Part shown: positions 17,658-24,443 of the stretch, in pieces | How the letters are laid out: each line of letters begins with the position of its first letter | How positions within the stretch are numbered: the first letter of the stretch is position 1 | Source of the DNA: a virus | Lineage: Duplodnaviria > Caudoviricetes | IMG/VR virus record: IMGVR_UViG_3300020045_002295 | Coordinates: 1-24,443 of that record | Length of the DNA: 24,443 nt | Reading direction: 5' to 3' (one strand) | Made by a program: the position numbers and the translations under genes | Notes under the pieces: model-generated | The model's database searches: none | Told to the model about the DNA's origin: nothing | The model's input: the letters and a program-made list of their open reading frames with translations, nothing else

Positions 17658-18170
17658 ATGGATTTCTATAAAGGACAAGACCGCATTTTATACATAAAAA
17701 TACTTGGTAATTATTTGCCAATAGCTTGTTTGCAGGACAATCCATTTAGCGAAACGAGTGAGTTTATCGATACAACAACTAGAGATAACGCAGGATGGGC
17801 AACATCACGGCCAAATATGCAAAGTTATAATATTTCGTTTAACGGAATCCAAGTGGTCACAAGTGTTGCAGGCGGTTATTTTAACGTTGCTAGTTACGAT
17901 AAATTAAAACAATTGAAACGCTCAAGAACATTATTAGAGTGGAAAATAGAGGGTAATTTCCCAGTTATCGATTATGGAAAAGCGTATATTTCTGAACTAT
18001 CAGAAGCTTCGCCAATTGACGAATTTTTGACATTTAGCGGTTCGTTAGTTGGATTTGGTATTCCATTAACAACTACTAAAGGAACAGATGTATTAAATAG
18101 CGGTGACCCGTTAGAAGTAATTGTTACAGACCCAACAGCAACACAAATTATTAGAACTAAACAATTATGA
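17658..18170 (+). CDS. Second tail-tube-fold protein (paralogue of 12956..13402)
   Basis: Colinear motifs shared with the tube protein: KG...I.YI, P(I/V)ACL..N, L(L/V)EWK, YG..YI..LS, DE..TFS....G.G. Confidence 0.75.
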   Translation: MDFYKGQDRILYIKILGNYLPIACLQDNPFSETSEFIDTTTRDNAGWATSRPNMQSYNISFNGIQVVTSVAGGYFNVASYDKLKQLKRSRTLLEWKIEGNFPVIDYGKAYISELSEASPIDEFLTFSGSLVGFGIPLTTTKGTDVLNSGDPLEVIVTDPTATQIIRTKQL

Positions 18171-18721
18171 TAGATCCAAACGATATAACGACTGTAAGAG
18201 TTGACCAGTTGCCGCCTGACTCGATATTATTAACGAGTTTATTTCCATTTGAAACAGTTGCAGACCAAGGATTAAAACAAGCTACATTTGCAGATTTAAT
18301 CGCGTTTATAGCTTTACAAACTAGTGCACTACAATTCGAGGTTAAAAGAATGTCAGTTACTCAATCGTATATCGATGATAATTTTGATGTTACCGGATTG
18401 GGAATTAATATTTGTACAGGATTTGCGATATGTAACGGTCAAAATGGCACTGAAAATTTAGACGGATTGGTGGGTATTGGATTTGGAGCGGTTCAAAGTA
18501 ATATCGGTGGATTTGGAGGTGAAAAAGAACATATATTGACAGTTGGAGAAATGCCAGCTCATACGCATCCAATACCGAGAGCGACAAATGATACAGACGG
18601 TACAACATTTTCACCCGGTAACGGATTAAACGGAACGGCAGATTCAAACTCGACAGGCGGTGGTTTAGCTCACAATAATATGCAACCTTATATTGTTCAA
18701 TTATATATGATGAAATTATGA
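18167..18721 (+). CDS. Tail collar / short fibre-like baseplate protein
   Basis: GFAICNGQNGT.NL.G, GGEKEHILTVGEMPAHTH, GGGLAHNNMQPY (tail collar and T4 gp12-like HxH tip). Confidence 0.85.
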   Translation: MIDPNDITTVRVDQLPPDSILLTSLFPFETVADQGLKQATFADLIAFIALQTSALQFEVKRMSVTQSYIDDNFDVTGLGINICTGFAICNGQNGTENLDGLVGIGFGAVQSNIGGFGGEKEHILTVGEMPAHTHPIPRATNDTDGTTFSPGNGLNGTADSNSTGGGLAHNNMQPYIVQLYMMKL

Positions 18722-19395
18722 TAGATCCATTATTAATTAGTACAATACAAGTAGGGCAATTAGTCGAAGCACCTTTTAATTTAACCGACAACGTGCCCCA
18801 CGAGGTCGGAACAAATTTAAGACGCGGGACGATTGCCGATTTGTCCACTTTTATAGCGGGTGTAATCGGTTCAACTGGAAGTTTAGCATTTTTGCCTATT
18901 GCGGTTGTTGACGGTCAATTATTACCAGACACTACGACAAATGAATGGTTTTTAGCAGGAAAAGGAACTTATACTCAAAGTGGTGGTTTTCCTAATATAG
19001 TATGTACAGAGGAATTAAATGCAATTGTAGGTAACGGTATTAATTGGATATTGGCAGTTGAAATACCTATTGTTGTTGACCCACCAGCTGCAATGATTAG
19101 TCAAACAATAAGTGAAGGGGTTGCAAATTACTCACCAAGCGAAAATGCCGTATATATTGCTTTACAAGAAAAATTAAGTGGAATAACATCGATTAGATAT
19201 GCAGGATTAGGGCAGGATTATGTCATACCAACCGGAGCTATAGCAATAAAAGGATGGATAAATGATGGAGTTCAACAAAAAGAAATGTTTGGCTTTGAAA
19301 GTGATTTAAACACATTTACACAAACTTCGAATACTGTCACATTCAAAAAAGCAATCACAACAGGCGCGCGTATCATTATAGACTACTATTTTTAA
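18718..19395 (+). CDS. Minor tail/baseplate structural protein
   Basis: N-terminus is paralogous to the 18167 protein; C-terminal beta-rich VTF....TG.RIIIDY domain. Confidence 0.6.
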   Translation: MIDPLLISTIQVGQLVEAPFNLTDNVPHEVGTNLRRGTIADLSTFIAGVIGSTGSLAFLPIAVVDGQLLPDTTTNEWFLAGKGTYTQSGGFPNIVCTEELNAIVGNGINWILAVEIPIVVDPPAAMISQTISEGVANYSPSENAVYIALQEKLSGITSIRYAGLGQDYVIPTGAIAIKGWINDGVQQKEMFGFESDLNTFTQTSNTVTFKKAITTGARIIIDYYF

Positions 19396-19415
19396 TTAAT
19401 CTAAATACAAATAAC

Positions 19416-19447
19416 AAAACACTCTTAAATTTAGGGTGTTTTTTTTT
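19416..19447 (+). terminator. Intrinsic terminator
   Basis: Stem AAAACACTCT/AGGGTGTTTT followed by a T-run. Confidence 0.75.
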
Positions 19448-19478
19448 GTTTAATATAATAAAAGAATGCTTATATTTG
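19445..19478 (+). promoter_or_regulatory. Bacteroidota sigma70 promoter (TTTG-N22-TATATTTG) driving the inserted cassette
   Basis: Both -33 and -7 elements are present upstream of ATG 19509. Confidence 0.6.
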
Positions 19479-19508
19479 CCATTATAAACTTTAAAAAATA
19501 TATGAATT

Positions 19509-20000
19509 ATGAACATTACAAAACAAATTGCAAGTGAAGTCGCTGTATTATTGCTACAAGAAAAACAAAAAGAAATTAATTCTTTAAAGAAGAATTTAGA
19601 TAGTGAATTTACAGAAATTGTATTAAAAACAATTCCTATTGATGTATTGGATTTTAATGATAAATTTCCTGATTATTTAGATTTAAGAAGCTCTTTTCAA
19701 TGTATGGGTAATGGATTTAACTATAAATGGTTAAACACTTCAAAATCCCTACCTTGTAAAAATTCTAATTTTTTACCAAATCCGAGCGAAGCAAAAAAGC
19801 TTTTATCAATTATTGGAAAAATAGGAGATAAGAAAAAAGTATATAACGAACTTCTTAAGGAAATTGAAGTCACTTTGTTTTCTTTAAGAACCTACAAAAG
19901 AGTTGAGGAAAGTTTTCCAGAAGCATTCATTTTATTGCCTAACAAAACTACAACGGCAGTTGCTTTGAATATTTCAGATTTACGTCAAAAAATTAAATAA
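19509..20000 (+). CDS. Nmad5-like protein (nucleotide-modification-associated domain 5)
   Basis: N-terminal M.ITK and C-terminal L.SLRTYKRVEESFPEA..LLP; size fits; recognised from memory of the family. Confidence 0.6.
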   Translation: MNITKQIASEVAVLLLQEKQKEINSLKKNLDSEFTEIVLKTIPIDVLDFNDKFPDYLDLRSSFQCMGNGFNYKWLNTSKSLPCKNSNFLPNPSEAKKLLSIIGKIGDKKKVYNELLKEIEVTLFSLRTYKRVEESFPEAFILLPNKTTTAVALNISDLRQKIK

Positions 20001-20001
20001 A

Positions 20002-20127
20002 ATGGGAAGAAAAAAAACAAACACAATCAAAGTAACCGTGTCTTTGCACCCTTCATTAATCAAAGAAGTACGCAATTACGCAAAACAAAGAACAATTGAA
20101 GAATTAAAAAAAGAAGAGAAATTATGA
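20002..20127 (+). CDS. 41-aa ribbon-helix-helix-like protein (not in the ORF track)
   Basis: MGRKKTNTIKVTVSLHPSLIKEVRNYAKQR...: alternating beta strand then helix; ATGA-coupled to the HNH gene. Confidence 0.55.
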   Translation: MGRKKTNTIKVTVSLHPSLIKEVRNYAKQRTIEELKKEEKL

Positions 20128-20630
20128 TTGAGATTTGGAAAAACGTAATAGGATATGAGGACAGATACCAAGTTAGTAACTTAGGAAATGTTAAAAGTTT
20201 GAAGAAAAATTTAATAATGAAGCCTCAAATTCAAGAAGGATATAAAACAGTAAGCTTTTTTTATAAAGGAAAGCAGAAAAACCAAAAAATTCATAAACTA
20301 GTTGCAATGGCTTTTTTAAGCCACATCCCTTGTGGGTTTAGGATAGTTGTAGACCATATAGATCACAACCCGCTAAATAATAAGATAGATAATCTTCAAT
20401 TAATTACAAATAGGTTAAATTTATCCAAAGACCAAAAAAATAAAAGCTCAAAATACACGGGAGTAAGTTGGTTTAAGCAAACTAATAAATGGAGGACTCA
20501 AATAAGAATAAACGGAGTTGTAATTAATTTAGGATATTTCAATAATGAATTAGAAGCTTCAAAAGCTTATCAAGATAGATTACTGGAACACCAGCAATTT
20601 GAAAAATTACTTAATAAAAAGATAGTATGA
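20124..20630 (+). CDS. NUMOD4-HNH-AP2 homing endonuclease
   Basis: NUMOD4 EIWKNVIGYEDRYQVSNLGNVKS; HNH IHKLVA.AF...VDHIDHNPLNN...NL; AP2 SKYTGVSW.....KW...I......LGYF..E.EA..AY. Confidence 0.92.
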   Translation: MIEIWKNVIGYEDRYQVSNLGNVKSLKKNLIMKPQIQEGYKTVSFFYKGKQKNQKIHKLVAMAFLSHIPCGFRIVVDHIDHNPLNNKIDNLQLITNRLNLSKDQKNKSSKYTGVSWFKQTNKWRTQIRINGVVINLGYFNNELEASKAYQDRLLEHQQFEKLLNKKIV

Positions 20631-21058
20631 AAAATTTAACATCAATAGCAGAGCATTCAAAATGGCTCGGAACTAAATTTGAAGATGTAGAAACAAAATG
20701 GAAGGTACATTGCAAGCGTATTATTTTTGGAGAACAACCTTTAGAACTATGGATGTTTGTCCCTTGTGATAAAGACGGAAATGTTATTCCTGATAAAGAA
20801 AATCATTTTACAAGAAAAGAACTTCAAGAATACCAACAAGCAAAAGAAAGATGTTTGTTTGAGGGATTTGAATTAAAAGAAATAGTATTTAATTCAGAAT
20901 CAATAAAAACAATATGCTTACACGAATTTTTAAACGTGTTTTGGTTGGATAACGAAAAAAATAAATGGGATACTTCTGCCGGATTATCAACATTAGAAGA
21001 CTTAATAAAATACAATCTACAATTAACCCCCACCGCACTAAAACAACTATCACTATGA
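20627..21058 (+). CDS. Hypothetical phage protein
   Basis: 143-aa coupled ORF; QPLELWMFVPCD..GN...YQQAKERCLFEGF. Confidence 0.75.
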   Translation: MKNLTSIAEHSKWLGTKFEDVETKWKVHCKRIIFGEQPLELWMFVPCDKDGNVIPDKENHFTRKELQEYQQAKERCLFEGFELKEIVFNSESIKTICLHEFLNVFWLDNEKNKWDTSAGLSTLEDLIKYNLQLTPTALKQLSL

Positions 21059-21270
21059 CCGAGCAAGATTTTAAAACAGCAATAAAAGAAACGGATATTT
21101 TTAAAGCAAAAGCAATTTACTCTAAGAATATCTTGTTAAAAAATAGAGTCCCGGCCTTGTACGATTATTATTTACAGGCTAAACGATATGGGATTGAGTA
21201 TTTATTAGGTAATCCAAATGTATTAAGAAGTGAATTTAATTTAATTAAGGAAATAATAGAAAAGATATGA
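21055..21270 (+). CDS. Hypothetical 71-aa protein
   Basis: ATG 21055 overlaps the upstream TGA and is preferred to the track start at 20965. Confidence 0.6.
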   Translation: MTEQDFKTAIKETDIFKAKAIYSKNILLKNRVPALYDYYLQAKRYGIEYLLGNPNVLRSEFNLIKEIIEKI

Positions 21271-21470
21271 CACCGAAAGAAAAAGCAGACGAATTATTTG
21301 GAAAGTTTATGTTAGATTTAGTAGGCGAAATTGGAATTAGTAACGAAGTTTTTGAATTAAACAGAAAGTTTGCATTAATTGTAGTTGATGAAATATTAGA
21401 TTTAGATAGCGGAGATTCTATAGATAAAAATTATTGGCAAGAAGTTAAACAAGAAATTGAAAAATTATAA
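21267..21470 (+). CDS. Hypothetical 67-aa phage protein
   Basis: MTPKEKA.EL...ALI.VDEI...YWQEVKQEIEKL; ATGA-coupled. Confidence 0.75.
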   Translation: MTPKEKADELFGKFMLDLVGEIGISNEVFELNRKFALIVVDEILDLDSGDSIDKNYWQEVKQEIEKL

Positions 21471-21521
21471 CTAAATTTGCATAACGAGGTCTTACATTAA
21501 AAAAACAAGGTGCTAAAAATC

Positions 21522-21553
21522 AAAACCACAATAATTAAATTGTGGTTTTTTTT
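21522..21553 (+). terminator. Intrinsic terminator closing the inserted cassette
   Basis: AAAACCACAAT-aattaa-ATTGTGGTTTT followed by a T-run. Confidence 0.85.
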
Positions 21554-21556
21554 ATT

Positions 21557-21564
21557 TATATTTG
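21557..21564 (+). promoter_or_regulatory. -7 box TATATTTG for the fibre gene
   Basis: TAnnTTTG directly after the terminator, 15 nt before ATG 21580. Confidence 0.6.
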
Positions 21565-21579
21565 TTAAAAATTACACCA

Positions 21580-24060
21580 ATGAAAAAAATACTTTTATTT
21601 TTACTTTTATCAATTGCAGGATATGGGCAAATCATTCCTAGTGGAGGCGAACAGGATTTCGACTACGGCATACGCAACACCGCAAGCCAATTAGACGATA
21701 ACGCTGCATTTATAACAGTTCAAGATGCAACAGGTGTACAAGGGAAATCTACATCGTCCGTTTGGGCTAAAAAAATCTATGTCGATAATGCAGACGCAAC
21801 AAAATCATTTTTATCGACTGGTTTGATAAAAAACGGTTTAGTAACTACAAATGCAGACCCTACGAAATTCAACATCACGGCCGGTATTGGAATTATTACA
21901 AATTTTGACAATCCAGAAATACCAACAAGCACAATTGTATCGTTCCCTGCATTTACAGACATTGTATCTCCTTATCTGAACACGTCGAACATTACTTATG
22001 TAGCTATTACGCTATCAGGTGGTGTTCCTGTTGTATTAATGCAAGCAACCGCGTTCGACAATGTTCAAAGGCGTAATGTAATTGCTTTAGGTGCAGTTAT
22101 TCATTCCAATCTAACTACTATTAACCTTGTCAACAATATTTCCGCACCTACGAACGCAGGAACTAATCAACTTCACGACTTATACGAATTTATCGGGGCG
22201 TTAAATTTAACGGGTAATAAATATACGGCCAATGGTGCGAATTTATCACTTGACAAAACAGCGGGAACGATAGGTAAGTTAGGAGTGAATTTTGCTAATA
22301 ATTGGCGCGATCCAAATCGTTTGAGTATTGGTTTGCAAACGTTGTTGACGTTTAGATATAGGACTCAAAATGGTACTGAAAGCGGAGATTTTACCGTTTT
22401 AAATCCAGCGGTTTATGATTTGGCAAATGTTTTGACAGCCGTTCCATCAAATAAATTTTCAATTCAAACGGTTACGTTATTTCAAACTGGAATGACGCGT
22501 ATTCAATACGGCCAAAATGTTTATAACACACTTGCTGAAGCTGAAGCAGCTATTTTAACACGCTCTTATGTAGTTGAAAATAATATTGCAATGAACGGAA
22601 TCGCAAGGGCTTATATCATATTGAAAAATACGGCAACTTCATTACAAAATGCGAGTGATACTAAAATAGTTGAGGCGCAAAAATTTGGCGGTGTTGCGAG
22701 TGGCGGTGTTGCTTTGACTGATAGCGCAATTATTGCGGCTTTGGGGTATACGCCTGCTAATGATGCGGACGTAGTTCATAAAATAGGTAATGAAACGGTA
22801 TTAGGGACGAAGACTTTTTCTCCTAATGTATCTTCAGAAGCAGCAAGCGCAAAAGGCACTAACTTCTTGCCTACACTAACGGCAACCGCTAATAATGATA
22901 TAATGTCTGGAATATTTATTTCACCAATATTTAATGTCGGTACATTTACCGGAGTTTCTAATTCACACATAAGGTTGTTAGGCGCAAGTGGAACTAACAA
23001 CATATATTCAAACTTAACAGTAAAATTAAATAGCTCCTTATCAATAGACGGACAGGTGTTTACAAGCGCGGTATTTACTAATTTAATAGGGTCTAATGGT
23101 GCTAATATTGTTATGAAAGGTTCTGGAAATATTAGTTATGCATCAATGTCTCAGAGTACGGGTAATTTTATTTTTCAAAACGGTGGTACTTTTTCAGATA
23201 ACGGAATAGACCGACTACAAGTAAACGGATCGATACTAGGAACGGCCTTAAAACTGTCAACAACCCCAACAACAAGCGCGGGTACTTACGATATGTTGAC
23301 AAGAAACACAAGTACCGGAGTTGTTGAAAAAGTTTTAAGCAACACCATTGCAACAGTTGCAAGTCCATCATTCACAGGAACAGTATCGCTTCCGACTTCT
23401 GTACTAATAGGTAATATATCAAACTCACCACCAACTTCTGATGTGGGAACTTATGATATTTTAACTAGAAAATCAGTTACAGGAGCGATTGAAAAAGTAT
23501 CTAGTTCATCTTTTGCGCCATTAGATTCCCCATCATTCACAGGCACACCAACAGCACCAACAGCAACAGTAGGAACAAATACAACACAGATTGCAACTAC
23601 AGCTTTTGTGCAAAGTGCAAACGGTACTTTTGTATCGGATGCTATTACAGATGGAGTTGCGACAATTGCGCCAAGTCAAAATGTTGTTTTTGATGCTTTG
23701 GCTTTAAAAGCAAATTTGACAGGTGCGAGCTTTACAGGCAACGTAAATGTTAACAACTCTACGGTAGTTTTAGGAAATTCAAACGTTTTGTTCGGAACAG
23801 GTGATACAGGTCTTATAACATCAAGTACGCCGACATTCTTATTTAAATTTCCGACTAATATCTGGCAAAGCAATGTGACTATAAAAGCCAGCACACTAAG
23901 AACAGACGGATATACAGTATCAACACTGCCAACAGGAACGCAAGGAGATATGGCTTTTGTAACAGACGCATTAGCCCCAACATATATGACAACAGTTGTA
24001 GGCGGCGGTGCAGTTGTAACGCCAGTTTTTTATAACGGTACAAATTGGGTGGCACATTAA
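21580..24060 (+). CDS. Tail-fibre-like protein with N-terminal Sec-type signal peptide
   Basis: Starts MKKILLFLLLSIAGYG|Q; fibre motifs ALGYTPANDADVVHKIGNETVLGTKTF and APLDSPSFTGTPTAPTATVGTNTTQIATTAFVQ; Thr/Gly/Ser-rich; C-terminal LPTG..G..AFVTDA...YNGTNW. The track start TTG 21562 lies within the promoter box. Confidence 0.75.
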   Translation: MKKILLFLLLSIAGYGQIIPSGGEQDFDYGIRNTASQLDDNAAFITVQDATGVQGKSTSSVWAKKIYVDNADATKSFLSTGLIKNGLVTTNADPTKFNITAGIGIITNFDNPEIPTSTIVSFPAFTDIVSPYLNTSNITYVAITLSGGVPVVLMQATAFDNVQRRNVIALGAVIHSNLTTINLVNNISAPTNAGTNQLHDLYEFIGALNLTGNKYTANGANLSLDKTAGTIGKLGVNFANNWRDPNRLSIGLQTLLTFRYRTQNGTESGDFTVLNPAVYDLANVLTAVPSNKFSIQTVTLFQTGMTRIQYGQNVYNTLAEAEAAILTRSYVVENNIAMNGIARAYIILKNTATSLQNASDTKIVEAQKFGGVASGGVALTDSAIIAALGYTPANDADVVHKIGNETVLGTKTFSPNVSSEAASAKGTNFLPTLTATANNDIMSGIFISPIFNVGTFTGVSNSHIRLLGASGTNNIYSNLTVKLNSSLSIDGQVFTSAVFTNLIGSNGANIVMKGSGNISYASMSQSTGNFIFQNGGTFSDNGIDRLQVNGSILGTALKLSTTPTTSAGTYDMLTRNTSTGVVEKVLSNTIATVASPSFTGTVSLPTSVLIGNISNSPPTSDVGTYDILTRKSVTGAIEKVSSSSFAPLDSPSFTGTPTAPTATVGTNTTQIATTAFVQSANGTFVSDAITDGVATIAPSQNVVFDALALKANLTGASFTGNVNVNNSTVVLGNSNVLFGTGDTGLITSSTPTFLFKFPTNIWQSNVTIKASTLRTDGYTVSTLPTGTQGDMAFVTDALAPTYMTTVVGGGAVVTPVFYNGTNWVAH

Positions 24061-24078
24061 TAATTAAAAAACAAAAAT

Positions 24079-24330
24079 ATGATACAAATAAAACCAATCC
24101 TAACAGGGATTCCAGTTAAAGAAGCTACAAAGATTTTAATCAGGCCAATTATTAACAGTACACAGTCATTAGATTGTAATACTTACTATGAAGTATGCAG
24201 CGATGAAAATGAAGTATTAGCGACTGGAAATATCGCAATAAATGAGGAACAATATAAAGCTTGGGCGGACGATAATTCGTTTATAGAAAATATAGTATTG
24301 TTAAATTTAGGATTAGAACGTAAACTTTAA
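24079..24330 (+). CDS. Probable tail-fibre assembly/chaperone protein
   Basis: 83-aa acidic ORF immediately after the fibre gene; function assigned by position only. Confidence 0.5.
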   Translation: MIQIKPILTGIPVKEATKILIRPIINSTQSLDCNTYYEVCSDENEVLATGNIAINEEQYKAWADDNSFIENIVLLNLGLERKL

Positions 24331-24340
24331 ATAAATAAAT

Positions 24341-24443
24341 ATGAAAAATTGGAAAACTACCCTAGCAGGGGTAATCGTAGCGGCCTTAGGGGTTGCGAGT
24401 GCGATGGGTTGGATTAGTGTTGAGGTATCGGGCGCGATATTAA
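24341..24443 (+). CDS. Holin-like membrane protein, 3' truncated
   Basis: MKNWKTTLAGVIVAALGVASAMGWISVEVSGAIL...: hydrophobic, NWKTT start, located after the tail genes. Confidence 0.55.
   Translation, partial: MKNWKTTLAGVIVAALGVASAMGWISVEVSGAIL

Noticed and set aside
20965-21054. N-terminal extension of the 101-aa track ORF
   Set aside because: It would overlap the upstream gene by 94 nt; ATG 21055 gives a standard ATGA coupling.
21481-21512. preQ1-I riboswitch-like tail (TAAAAAAACAAGG)
   Set aside because: No P1 stem can be formed upstream and there is no queuosine-related gene.
21580-24060. Diversity-generating retroelement target in the fibre
   Set aside because: No reverse transcriptase and no near-identical TR/VR pair with adenine-specific mismatches; the internal repeat is a diverged protein-level duplication.
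1-24443. Stop-codon reassignment as seen in some Bacteroidota phages
   Set aside because: Structural genes are full length under the standard code, and TAA, TAG and TGA all end genes.

Overview
A 24.4 kb, AT-rich segment of a tailed dsDNA phage or prophage with HK97-fold head and probably a non-contractile tail. All credible genes lie on the + strand. The likely host is Bacteroidota (Flavobacterium-like), judged from recurrent TAnnTTTG promoter boxes, the lack of obvious Shine-Dalgarno sites and a BT4734/VirE-type primase. Gene order: 3' end of an SF2 helicase, primase/VapE ATPase, iteron-like putative origin, VRR-NUC nuclease, small ORFs, terS, GIY-YIG homing endonuclease, terL, portal, Mu-gpF-like head protein, prohead protease, major capsid, connectors, tail tube, tail chaperones with a -1 frameshift, tape measure, tail-tip genes, a 2 kb non-structural insert (Nmad5-like, RHH-like, NUMOD4-HNH-AP2), a fibre-like protein, a probable fibre chaperone and a truncated holin-like gene. 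Four oddities stand out: (1) the fibre-like protein starts with a Sec-type signal peptide; (2) a DUF305/CopM-like metal-binding module is fused into the prohead protease, behind a palindromic operator-like site; (3) three structural genes have TAnnTTTG exactly 4 nt before the ATG, suggesting leaderless mRNAs; (4) there is a second tail-tube paralogue after the tape measure region. No integrase, tRNA, CRISPR array or reverse transcriptase was seen, so the lifestyle cannot be determined. Family assignments come from motif recognition by eye, not database searches.
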